IMG/VR virus record: IMGVR_UViG_3300024999_000008
Coordinates: 4,417-68,416 of that record
DNA from: a virus
Length of the DNA stretch: 64,000 nt
Reading direction: 5' to 3' (one strand)
The stretch's first letter is position 1. Each line of letters begins with the position of its first letter. Positions 1-8,143 of the stretch are shown here, piece after piece. Under the pieces are notes generated by a model that searched no databases, was not told the origin of the DNA, and saw only the letters and a list, made by a program, of their open reading frames with translations. The position numbers were made by a program, and so were the translations under genes.

Positions 1-40
1 GTAGCAGACTGTTTACCTATTCCACTCATAGCTTTATTAA

Positions 41-463
41 TTAAACAACTCTTGCTATCTCATTCCTGGGCTGACCAACTTTAATCGGATTACCATCATC
101 ATCTGTACTCATTCCGTCATTAAAACTGAGTTCAGCCGTAAAGTTCAAACCGACCAGATCAGATTCGTCGGTTTCCTGGTCTGGGTCAAGTCCAAGTGCG
201 CGAAGGAAATCTTTTACCATTCGCCACATGAGGTTATTCTTTTCCTCATCATCGCCCTGATAATCTTTGTAATTCCCATACCAGAGAGTGTGAAAAATAG
301 TTGAAGCGTTATCTTCTCCGTCGACATTAATAATGAGTTGACAACCATACCTGCCAGTACGCTGAGACTTGGTTTCTTTTACCTTAGAGATGGTCAAATC
401 ATATTCGCCAGCTTCAACGGGGGCTTTATCAGGAATTTCGGACAGATTAGGAATCATAGACAT
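41..463 (-). CDS. DUF669-like single-stranded DNA-binding protein
   Basis: Start MSMIPN at 463 after AAGGAG RBS; 'PVEAGEYDLTISKV' N-terminus, acidic; lies downstream of a Sak4-like ATPase. Confidence 0.65.
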   Translation of the reverse strand: MSMIPNLSEIPDKAPVEAGEYDLTISKVKETKSQRTGRYGCQLIINVDGEDNASTIFHTLWYGNYKDYQGDDEEKNNLMWRMVKDFLRALGLDPDQETDESDLVGLNFTAELSFNDGMSTDDDGNPIKVGQPRNEIARVV

Positions 464-591
464 AGTTAATACTCCTTTAAATAGGTTTTTTTTTGCTGCT
501 TGATCAAAGAACGATTCTTCGATCAAAAGTTGGTAAAGTTGGTTTGATTGATCATTTTCGTTTTAGTTTTAGGTGTTTTATGCTCTCCTTT

Positions 592-1035
592 TTATTCGTT
601 AGTCTTAACTGCCATTGCATCCTCGAAATGTTTTGTAAAGTTGTTTAAGAAATAATTTTTCTTCCGAATCAAATCTTCTACTTCTTTCTCTTTAACTGCA
701 ATTTCACGATCCATCTTGGTAATAATATCACTCTTATTAAAAATAAGGTCTGATTCTCTACATGGAGCAATGTCAACTTCTTTTGAATCACTATTAAAAT
801 ATACAAACTTAATCGATGCTTCGTTGTAGCTAATTTTGAGATAAGCTACAGTAATAGTAGGCAAATCTTTGAAGTTATCAAAGCCTACAATGATGCCTGG
901 GCATACAGTTTTCTCAGAATATTCTTTTACTAAAACATTTACTTTATCCCCGATTTTGTATTCAGAAATAATCTTCGCGCTGCTCATATCAACTTCAAAC
1001 TTTACTCCGTTGATTTCCACGATTTGCTTTTCCAT
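592..1035 (-). CDS. hypothetical phage protein
   Basis: 147-aa ORF with AAGGAG RBS, in operon orientation. Confidence 0.7.
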   Translation of the reverse strand: MEKQIVEINGVKFEVDMSSAKIISEYKIGDKVNVLVKEYSEKTVCPGIIVGFDNFKDLPTITVAYLKISYNEASIKFVYFNSDSKEVDIAPCRESDLIFNKSDIITKMDREIAVKEKEVEDLIRKKNYFLNNFTKHFEDAMAVKTNE

Positions 1036-1082
1036 AATTAAAACTCCTTTAATTAAGCTGAGATGGATTGTGGAATGACTTA

Positions 1083-1388
1083 TTATCTATCTACCATAGA
1101 TTGTAGGTCTATTTTCCTAAGCTCAAGATCAAGATTATTACTAGAGTTTTCTTTATTTGAGTTACCTCCATAATTGCTTTCAAATACTTTACGCATAGAC
1201 TGATCTCTTTCTTTATTTCTAGTCAATTCTTGAACTGCTCCATTTAGAATTGGATTTTGTCCAAGATCAATAATCATAATATTTACTTTTCCTTTTTCAT
1301 GTAATCCTTCAGGCATTGATTGTGCCATTTGCTTTACTAAAGAAAGTTCATCACCATCATAGATTATGAGTCTCGCTATTCTTGCCAT
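1083..1388 (-). CDS. hypothetical protein
   Basis: 101-aa ORF, AGGAG RBS overlapping the upstream gene end. Confidence 0.65.
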   Translation of the reverse strand: MARIARLIIYDGDELSLVKQMAQSMPEGLHEKGKVNIMIIDLGQNPILNGAVQELTRNKERDQSMRKVFESNYGGNSNKENSSNNLDLELRKIDLQSMVDR

Positions 1389-1390
1389 AG

Positions 1391-2194
1391 TTAAACTCCT
1401 GATTGTGGAATAACTGTTTTGCCTGCCAAATAAGCTGCTGCTAGCTGATCCATTGTAATTCCTTCAACCTTTGGCATATCAAACACACGAGATTTTGCTT
1501 CGAATGCGAGTTTTTCAGTAAAGAATATCTGTCTCTTAGTTCCTTGCGTCGTCAACAGGTAGGCTTCATCAAAATCTGCTGCAAGCAGTTGCCTGAACTG
1601 GCCATTTACTGCTGGATACCTAGCAACTACTTCTTGATCAGAATTCATGAGTGTGTGCAGATGGACGGTAACTGCAACTGCACAAGGCAACTCCTGGAGT
1701 GAGCTTACCAAAGTTGACATCCAGTTCAAGAGTTGGCCCCAATGAGCAGGTGCCATGCCCATCTTCATGTCAATCTTTTTACCAATGCCGCTTGGAGTAA
1801 TGCCAGACTTCTTTTCAATTTCATGGATTGCTTTCTTGTTAGCATTAGTCAGAGAGTCAAGAACCAACATGCCTGACTGTTCCTTCAGCCATTGAAATAA
1901 ACCATTCTTTTCATCCTCCTGGAAGGTTCGCCAAAAATCAGAAAAGAGTAAAGAATCGGCTGAGAAATTATCAATTGTAATATCATTCCTACTGCCCATA
2001 ATTTTTTCAACCGTTTTTTCACCTCCCTTATCAAAAAGATAATAATGAAGTGGGCCTTTAGTGTAGGTTGCTGTGAAGTGAGTCTTCCCTGAGCCTGAGT
2101 TTCCAGTCAGTAAGAATTTGAGATTAAAATATCGTTTCTTCTCAACTAGCTTTGTTTTGTTAAAATTTGGTGCTGTAGCTACTTGTGGATTCAT
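1391..2194 (-). CDS. AAA_24 / Sak4-like ssDNA-annealing ATPase
   Basis: Walker A GNSGSGKT, Walker B LVLDSLT; flanked by a Cas4-like nuclease and an SSB-like gene. Confidence 0.8.
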   Translation of the reverse strand: MNPQVATAPNFNKTKLVEKKRYFNLKFLLTGNSGSGKTHFTATYTKGPLHYYLFDKGGEKTVEKIMGSRNDITIDNFSADSLLFSDFWRTFQEDEKNGLFQWLKEQSGMLVLDSLTNANKKAIHEIEKKSGITPSGIGKKIDMKMGMAPAHWGQLLNWMSTLVSSLQELPCAVAVTVHLHTLMNSDQEVVARYPAVNGQFRQLLAADFDEAYLLTTQGTKRQIFFTEKLAFEAKSRVFDMPKVEGITMDQLAAAYLAGKTVIPQSGV

Positions 2195-2218
2195 TTAAAA
2201 CTCCTTTAAATGAAATAA

Positions 2219-2770
2219 TTATGCTTTCTTATAATCCAAAACTAACTTAACAAGTTCAGGATCAGCCTCTATGATTTTAATTAACTGTTTTAAAGTTTCA
2301 GTTAGTTTTTCCAGTGACCAATTGTCAATTTTTGTAAGTTTTTCCTCAACAACAGAGAGTTTTTCCACATGAGTTTTGATACTTTCAGAGGTTGAAAGCA
2401 TCTTATCCTTAAAGCGTTTTTCTGTAGCTACGAATTTCTCTTCAATCTCTGCATACTTCGTCTCTGCATCTTCAGCAATTGTTGAAAGGATTTCATATGC
2501 TTTGTCAGCATGAGCTTTTGCTAGAACAGCCATATCGTCCATGCTTTCAATACTAGTTTGAATTTCTCGTTTCTGTGCTTCAGCAATGGTTAGGAGAAGT
2601 TTATCTGGATCAAGAACAGCAGCTTCTGTTTTGAGATGATCTACAAGGCTTTGTGAAAGTTCACATTCAACCAATTTATCATCAGCAAGATTGCTTTTGA
2701 TCTTAATAGCTTCTTTACCTCTCCAGGATGAGGCTGATTCGATTGTGTAAACTAAATCAAATGTTTTCAT
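2219..2770 (-). CDS. hypothetical coiled-coil protein
   Basis: 183-aa E/K-rich helical ORF with RBS. Confidence 0.7.
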   Translation of the reverse strand: MKTFDLVYTIESASSWRGKEAIKIKSNLADDKLVECELSQSLVDHLKTEAAVLDPDKLLLTIAEAQKREIQTSIESMDDMAVLAKAHADKAYEILSTIAEDAETKYAEIEEKFVATEKRFKDKMLSTSESIKTHVEKLSVVEEKLTKIDNWSLEKLTETLKQLIKIIEADPELVKLVLDYKKA

Positions 2771-2808
2771 CTAAAACTCCTTTAAATGATAGTAATCTTA
2801 ACTACTCT

Positions 2809-3045
2809 TTATACCTCACTATCGGATTGATAAGTTATCATTCCTAATACTTCTTTTTCATCCTTAGTAAGTTTAGCATTTATACCTGCTAATTGTGTTT
2901 GAACTTCGTATGATGTTCCCCAAGTTTTACATTCTGCAACAAATGATTTAAAGAAATCACTTTGAACATCATCATCTTCATTAGCTAATACAGATGCTAT
3001 GTATTTCCAATTAATTTCTGTAATTATTCCATGTTTCATAATCAC
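2809..3045 (-). CDS. hypothetical protein
   Basis: 78-aa ORF overlapping the upstream stop. Confidence 0.6.
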   Translation of the reverse strand: MIMKHGIITEINWKYIASVLANEDDDVQSDFFKSFVAECKTWGTSYEVQTQLAGINAKLTKDEKEVLGMITYQSDSEV

Positions 3046-4013
3046 ACCTCCATTAATCTCTGCTTTGTCTTTGCCTCATGCAACTCTGGGTCCCATTCAG
3101 AATGAATAAATCCTTGTGGTGCTTTTTCCATCCAATGCAACGGATTGTTTCGGAGCCTGCAAAGATCATAATAAGGACAAACTGACATAAAGGTTGTGCA
3201 AGCATAGCCTGGATTGCGATGGAAAGATTTCAAACAGTCTGAACGATCCCGGCAGTTGATTTTGTCTTCTTCAAGTAAGTTTAAGTTTTGCTGAATCTCA
3301 TCGGCATAATGACAAAGATCAGACAGGAAGTGTTCAATTGCCGCTGATCGTTTGTTGATCGTAATTGGAACAAAATCGATCTTGCTTTTCTGACAAAGAG
3401 CGACTCGATAAGTAATGGTTGGGATTTTATCATAAAAAATTCTGCCAGCAGTTAAGTAACCGTCTGACTGGAATGACATTTCAAAGGTTTGTGGTGTTGT
3501 AGAGTAGATAGCCTTAGCGGTTTTGTGGTCGAGAATATCGATTCCGTTTTCACCGCTGGAAAAGATCAGGTCGATGCGACCAATATAATTGGGCAGCTTC
3601 AAGCCCTTTACAGACAGGTCGATGGAAAATGGTGCTTCAACAGCTAAGATGGAACGATTTTTTACATCACTTACGAGAAAGCGATCCCAATAGCCCTTAT
3701 ACATGTTGGCTGCATGACCAGGAGATTTGGGAAAGATTGCATCCTCGTTTTTCCAAAATGGTTCGCCATCGAGCTTCCAGAGCTTGTGGAATGCTTTTAT
3801 GGATATTTCAGTTGCATCAAGAACAGATGGTGAAGAATCCTTAATTAGAATGTTATAAGTAGTTTCTAGGCCGTAATGCCAGCAGCTTCCAAATACCAAA
3901 TGGATGGACTGCCCAGCTGGTTTGAGATTCATTACATACTGGAACAAGAACCTTCGGGGACATGTAAGATAGGTTGATAATGCACTGTAGTCTATTTTTT
4001 CGTAAAAATTCAT
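3042..4013 (-). CDS. PD-(D/E)XK exonuclease, Cas4/RecB/AddB-like with Fe-S cysteines
   Basis: YSALSTYLTCPRRF, GRIDLI...ILDHKT, and C-terminal C-x6-CPYYDLC. Confidence 0.85.
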   Translation of the reverse strand: MNFYEKIDYSALSTYLTCPRRFLFQYVMNLKPAGQSIHLVFGSCWHYGLETTYNILIKDSSPSVLDATEISIKAFHKLWKLDGEPFWKNEDAIFPKSPGHAANMYKGYWDRFLVSDVKNRSILAVEAPFSIDLSVKGLKLPNYIGRIDLIFSSGENGIDILDHKTAKAIYSTTPQTFEMSFQSDGYLTAGRIFYDKIPTITYRVALCQKSKIDFVPITINKRSAAIEHFLSDLCHYADEIQQNLNLLEEDKINCRDRSDCLKSFHRNPGYACTTFMSVCPYYDLCRLRNNPLHWMEKAPQGFIHSEWDPELHEAKTKQRLMEV

Positions 4014-4063
4014 TTGAGAAATCCTCTCGTTGAACTTAATGAAAAGGAGCTAGGTGAGATAAT

Positions 4064-4264
4064 TTAACTTCCAATAATTTCTGAAATATTTAATTTAAAT
4101 TCTGTTTGATCATCTTCGATATCATTATCATGAGCACGTATCCAGGCATAAGAACCATCCTTCATACGAATACCAAAACCTGTATCCTCACCCTCATAAG
4201 CATAAATTTTTGCATCATCAGGAATATACATAACAAGCTCTTTTAATTTTTTTCCAGTTATCAT
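4064..4264 (-). CDS. hypothetical protein
   Basis: 66-aa ORF with AAGGAG RBS. Confidence 0.6.
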   Translation of the reverse strand: MITGKKLKELVMYIPDDAKIYAYEGEDTGFGIRMKDGSYAWIRAHDNDIEDDQTEFKLNISEIIGS

Positions 4265-4286
4265 AATAACTCCTTATAATTAAGAA

Positions 4287-4372
4287 ACCGATTCCAACAT
4301 CGTCATGCTGGCGATACCTGTCAATTCAGGTCGAATGGTGCGCATGGACTTGCTATCCAATGCGTTTCCGGC
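4287..4372 (-). ncRNA. candidate structured RNA (three hairpins in a closing stem)
   Basis: Minus strand: GCCGG/UCGGU closes CGCAUUGGA/UCCAUGCG, ACCUG/CAGGU and CCAGCAU/AUGUUGG hairpins; the G-U pairs work only on the minus strand. Confidence 0.5.
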
Positions 4373-4385
4373 AATAAAGATTAAA

Positions 4386-4540
4386 AGTAGTGGGCAGGAT
4401 TCGAACCTGCATAGTCTTAAGGCACTCAATCTTTTCTCTTGACTCATATAGCATGATGTCTATACTGTTGCGTCGATACTCGCGAGTTTAGGCTAGGACC
4501 AACCCATATGCCTTGCGGCTACCAATTTCGCCACCACTAC
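4386..4540 (-). ncRNA. tRNA-like RNA with an 84-nt insert in place of the anticodon loop
   Basis: Acceptor GTAGTGG/CCACTAC, Leu-like D arm TGGCGAAATTGGTAGCCGCA, stem AGGCA/TGCCT, T arm GCAGG-TTCGAAT-CCTGC; no encoded CCA. Confidence 0.75.
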
Positions 4541-4549
4541 TTTACTAAT

Positions 4550-4912
4550 TTACCGATTGTTGAACTGGGCCAGAACTGCATCACGAACTTCAGGCGGAAG
4601 ATTGCCCAATGCTTCCAGAGCTTTCTCCTCGGGAGTTTTAGTAATCCGAAGGGTCGGCTTCCAGTCGCTGAAATCCTCAGCTGCGATGGCTTCGTCAGTA
4701 TTGCTGAATTCGTTATTGTCGTCTTTCTCTTCAAGTTTGCGACGAATAACAGCGCGGAAAGAAACCTTCAGCTGGTTCTTTACCATGTTCACGGTAAGAT
4801 CCTCACCGAGAGCCTGTACCATCTCTTCGATAGTTCCGAGGTTAAGGACTGCCGGTTCGGTTACGGTGATTTCCCTGCTGGCCTGGTTGCTAACTACTTT
4901 GATCATGCTCAT
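4550..4912 (-). CDS. hypothetical protein (C-terminal motif shared with 17297..17704)
   Basis: 120 aa, AGGAG RBS. Confidence 0.75.
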   Translation of the reverse strand: MSMIKVVSNQASREITVTEPAVLNLGTIEEMVQALGEDLTVNMVKNQLKVSFRAVIRRKLEEKDDNNEFSNTDEAIAAEDFSDWKPTLRITKTPEEKALEALGNLPPEVRDAVLAQFNNR

Positions 4913-4979
4913 TTTTGAATCTCCTAATTAGGGGGTTTGTAGAATGGGCGACATGCCCAAGATTGATGAATAAAGATTT

Positions 4980-5591
4980 TTAGCTATTTGCAAGTTGATC
5001 AAGAATCTTCTTGCGTTCTAGGCAAAAAAACCTCCATTCGGATGAAACACTATTTGATTCTCCATCTAAAAATTTAGCAAAGTTTATACTTTTTAAAAAT
5101 TTTGCTGCTGGGCTTTCAATAGTATGCGAAGTATAATTAAATATATTCTCTGCATATAATCTAGCTTTTGCTGCATTAATAAAAAACTTAAAATTTCCTA
5201 TATGAATTAATTTTCCTTTAAAAGTAATATATACTTTCCAACGTTTTACATGACCAAGCCATCTTATACCAATAATTCCAGATTTATTTGTCTTTCCATT
5301 ACCTCTATTTTTAGCATTTTCCGAAGCAAAAACTTCACGTAAATTTTTTATTCTATTATCATTTCTAATTCTATTAATATGGTCAATATGGCCTTTTGGC
5401 ATATAGCCATAATACATAAAATAAACTATACGATGAACTCCATAAATTCTTCCATTTAAAAAAACGTTTAAATATCCAGCATAATTTATCTTTCCAACTA
5501 AAGAATCATTTTCTTTAGCTATTAAGATCCCTGAGGCTGGAAAGTACTTGAATTTCTTATGAAGTTCATCGTATGTTAATTCTTTAATCAT
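4980..5591 (-). CDS. HNH homing endonuclease with AP2-like DNA-binding domain
   Basis: HRIVY...IDHINRIRNDNRIKNLR, then NKSGIIGIRW...WKVYI...HIGNF; AT-rich. Confidence 0.9.
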   Translation of the reverse strand: MIKELTYDELHKKFKYFPASGILIAKENDSLVGKINYAGYLNVFLNGRIYGVHRIVYFMYYGYMPKGHIDHINRIRNDNRIKNLREVFASENAKNRGNGKTNKSGIIGIRWLGHVKRWKVYITFKGKLIHIGNFKFFINAAKARLYAENIFNYTSHTIESPAAKFLKSINFAKFLDGESNSVSSEWRFFCLERKKILDQLANS

Positions 5592-5652
5592 TATATTGAT
5601 GGAGGCCCTTTAAGGCTTTAAGGAATTTTTAAACACCGTCAAATGTCCCCAC

Positions 5653-5681
5653 ACAATAACCGAAAACCGTCCCCCTGTCAA
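5653..5681 (-). promoter_or_regulatory. sigma70-type promoter
   Basis: TTGACA-17 bp-TATTGT in an intergenic gap. Confidence 0.75.
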
Positions 5682-5709
5682 GCGTTTTTCGCCCTCTTTT
5701 TATTCTTTT

Positions 5710-5925
5710 TCATCCTGCCTTAAATGACTCAAGAACAACCCGAGCAACATGCAAATCCAAGTTTGCACAAGTAACTTTGGTAGGATCATTCCAGATTGGA
5801 CCTTCATCAGCAGTTTTAACATTCGCAAGTTCGCGAGCCTCACTTTCAGTTCTGGCAATAATTACTTTGGCATCATATTCCTCATAGCCAACAGAATCAG
5901 TACGATAAAGCAAATATACATTCAT
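5710..5925 (-). CDS. hypothetical phage protein
   Basis: MNVYLL start after GGAG RBS; VIIARTESEARELA motif common in small phage proteins. Confidence 0.65.
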   Translation of the reverse strand: MNVYLLYRTDSVGYEEYDAKVIIARTESEARELANVKTADEGPIWNDPTKVTCANLDLHVARVVLESFKAG

Positions 5926-6110
5926 TTCTCCACCTCCTTTAGCCACTTATCCAGTTCAGAAATATATAATTCGTTTGTCTTATTAATTTCTTCTTGTATC
6001 TTTCTGTAGGATAATCCCCAACTTTTTAGACTTTCTTCACTTGAAGCTATTATGTACTGTAGTTCAAGTGCATCTCTGGCTGCACGTATAGCTTCGATAG
6101 GAATATTCAT
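5922..6110 (-). CDS. hypothetical protein
   Basis: 62 aa, stop overlaps the next start (ATGA). Confidence 0.6.
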   Translation of the reverse strand: MNIPIEAIRAARDALELQYIIASSEESLKSWGLSYRKIQEEINKTNELYISELDKWLKEVEK

Positions 6111-6112
6111 AG

Positions 6113-6271
6113 TTATTTATCCAAACTGGTAATAACATTTCTATTTGAAAAAGGTTGCAAAGCTGTTTGATCAATCGGAAATGTTGGATATAATTGATCA
6201 ATAAGAAAGACAAATAATCCTACGACTATAAAAGATGCGAGAAAAATCAAAGTATTTTTTACAGTATTCAT
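6113..6271 (-). CDS. small membrane protein (52 aa, not in ORF track)
   Basis: MNTVKNTLIFLASFIVVGLFVFLIDQ..., GGAGG RBS, one hydrophobic segment. Confidence 0.55.
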   Translation of the reverse strand: MNTVKNTLIFLASFIVVGLFVFLIDQLYPTFPIDQTALQPFSNRNVITSLDK

Positions 6272-6283
6272 TTTACCCTCCAA

Positions 6284-6738
6284 TTATTTATTAATTAGAT
6301 CTTTGAATGAGGCTCCCCACATTTTACTTGGTTTATATCCGAGGGCTTTACAAAGTTCTGCTATTGCTTCAAGTGCGGTGTCACCAAAGCCAGCAATTGA
6401 TTCTTGAAGATTTATAAAGTCAGTTTTGTAGCACACCAGCTATTAGCATCCATAAATATATTTATATCAACATAATCTGCATAGTTTTTTGCATCATCAT
6501 CATCACAAAACCATTTTTGAGCTAAATTTTTTATTCTATGAATATCTGCTCCTGCTGCCAGTGCTTCTACAAGTATTGTCCATGCCTGAGCTCGATCTGC
6601 ATGATCGAACGCCCATATCCCTTTAACGAAAGTACTTTCCCGCAATTCTGCAACTGTATCACCGAGTTCTCTTTTATATATCAAATTACCATTTTCATGC
6701 AGATAATACCAGCCTTCTATAGTCATTTTATCCTCCAA
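6284..6738 (-). pseudogene. conserved phage protein split by a -1 frameshift at about 6424-6427
   Basis: Frame 1 ends ...NSWCATKLTL*; the shifted frame continues DFINLQESIAGFGDTALEAIAELCKALGYKPSKMWG...NK* at 6284. Confidence 0.65.
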
Positions 6739-6869
6739 ATATGTAATCTTGCTATTCGCATTATTTTCCTATCCTGATCGTAAGAGCTTTTACTTTTTCG
6801 CGTAAAAAAAGACTGAATGCTACACAAGCGAGTAAGAAGAGCATGAAGTATTCGAGTAATCTTTGCCAC
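6723..6869 (-). CDS. small basic hypothetical protein
   Basis: GTG start after AAGGAG RBS. Confidence 0.4.
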   Translation of the reverse strand: MAKITRILHALLTRLCSIQSFFTRKSKSSYDQDRKIMRIARLHIWRIK

Positions 6870-6870
6870 A

Positions 6871-7134
6871 TTATTTCTCCTTACTAATCTTTTGTTTAAC
6901 TTCATCAAGTGCTTTCGTTTCATTGGTGACATCAATCAGCATGTAGGATTTTCCTCCTTGGGTTACTTTACAAATGCCTAAGGCATCAACAGTTACGACT
7001 GGCACGAGGTTTGCTCTTTCTTTCAATTCGACTATCATCTTATTCTTTTCTGAATCAGCTTTAGCTACAAAGAATATTATAACAGCCCAAAAAAGAAGCT
7101 TAATAGTCAAATCTATTATTTTGGCTTTATTCAT
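6871..7134 (-). CDS. membrane-anchored hypothetical protein
   Basis: MNKAKIIDLTIKLLFWAVIIFFVAK hydrophobic N-terminus. Confidence 0.6.
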   Translation of the reverse strand: MNKAKIIDLTIKLLFWAVIIFFVAKADSEKNKMIVELKERANLVPVVTVDALGICKVTQGGKSYMLIDVTNETKALDEVKQKISKEK

Positions 7135-7135
7135 A

Positions 7136-7420
7136 TTAATCCATTCCCTTATCTGTAGGAAGTAATTCCTTAATGATGGGATTAATAATTTGAAGACTCC
7201 CAACAAGCTCAACAAGTTTCTTAGATATATTAGAAATAGTATCAGTTTTAGATGCTAAAGTATAAAGTTGATCATACATCTCAGACACTTTAATGAGTTG
7301 TCCTACCTTTAACTTTGATGTTGAATCAGCAAATTCTGAATAATAACCAGTTAAATTAGAAAGTTCTTTTCTTGATGCTTCTAGTATAAATCCATTTTCT
7401 GTTTTACCAATAATTCTCAT
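7136..7420 (-). CDS. hypothetical protein
   Basis: 94 aa, AGGAG RBS. Confidence 0.65.
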   Translation of the reverse strand: MRIIGKTENGFILEASRKELSNLTGYYSEFADSTSKLKVGQLIKVSEMYDQLYTLASKTDTISNISKKLVELVGSLQIINPIIKELLPTDKGMD

Positions 7421-7449
7421 TTTATGTTTTCTCCTATTAAATACATTGG

Positions 7450-7632
7450 TTATTTGTTAACAATTAATATTCTTTTCCCAACATCTGTAACAAAGTAAAT
7501 CAATTCGTTTGGCCTTTTGTTGAGGGCATGTTTATGATTCCAGGCATAAAAAGATTCGTTGCGACTAGTCTGGTAAAGATTCATTCCGAGGAGTTCTGGT
7601 AAGAATTTGCGTTTGATCACAATTGGCTCCAT
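7450..7632 (-). CDS. hypothetical protein
   Basis: 60-aa ORF in operon orientation. Confidence 0.5.
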   Translation of the reverse strand: MEPIVIKRKFLPELLGMNLYQTSRNESFYAWNHKHALNKRPNELIYFVTDVGKRILIVNK

Positions 7633-7640
7633 TACAAAAA

Positions 7641-7814
7641 TTAAATAGTTTTTAAATTAAGATCAAATAATGATTCGTAAAAAGCATGAATTGCCATTGC
7701 TATCTCGATGGTACTTTTACCTCGCATGAGGTCAAGCATAACTGATATACAGATTTCACAAGATAAGCCTTCTCGATATAGGGTGATTATTTTCTTTAGT
7801 TGTCGCTTGTTCAT
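7641..7814 (-). CDS. hypothetical protein (57 aa, not in ORF track)
   Basis: MNKRQLKKIITLYREGLSCEICI..., AAGGAG RBS. Confidence 0.55.
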   Translation of the reverse strand: MNKRQLKKIITLYREGLSCEICISVMLDLMRGKSTIEIAMAIHAFYESLFDLNLKTI

Positions 7815-7835
7815 AGGTTAGGCTCCTTAATTGTT

Positions 7836-8132
7836 TTAGCTAAGCTGGCGAATAAGCTGTTGTCGTGCAACTTTCAGTATTTCGCTCTTCTTTTCTTCTG
7901 AAAGTTTCCAGTAATAATAATTGTCAGCATGGCAGATGGTTGTCCACCAACCAGTTTGAAGGTAATTGTTAGTAAATTGGCAATACCTGTCACTATATTC
8001 TAAAGCATGATAAAACGAAACATAGGTATAGCCAACGGGCCATCCTCCTGTATTATCAATTGCTTGCATAAAATCTTCTATTTTCATGCCTGGATGTGTG
8101 TGAATCAATTCTTTTCGAATTAAATTTTTCAT
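7836..8132 (-). CDS. hypothetical protein
   Basis: 98 aa, AAGGAG RBS. Confidence 0.65.
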   Translation of the reverse strand: MKNLIRKELIHTHPGMKIEDFMQAIDNTGGWPVGYTYVSFYHALEYSDRYCQFTNNYLQTGWWTTICHADNYYYWKLSEEKKSEILKVARQQLIRQLS

Positions 8133-8143
8133 ATTATTACTCC

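Noticed and set aside
3042-4013. Cas4-like nuclease as evidence of a CRISPR-Cas system
   Set aside because: No other cas genes or repeat-spacer array; the Sak4-like and SSB-like neighbours indicate a recombination exonuclease.
4386-4540. Ordinary tRNA, tmRNA, or tRNA with a group I or BHB intron
   Set aside because: No 7-nt anticodon loop, no G3-U70 or tag ORF, insert too short for group I, and no bulge-helix-bulge could be drawn at 37/38.
4508-4931. Plus-strand and alternate-frame ORFs over 4550..4912
   Set aside because: Shadows of the RBS-bearing minus-strand gene.
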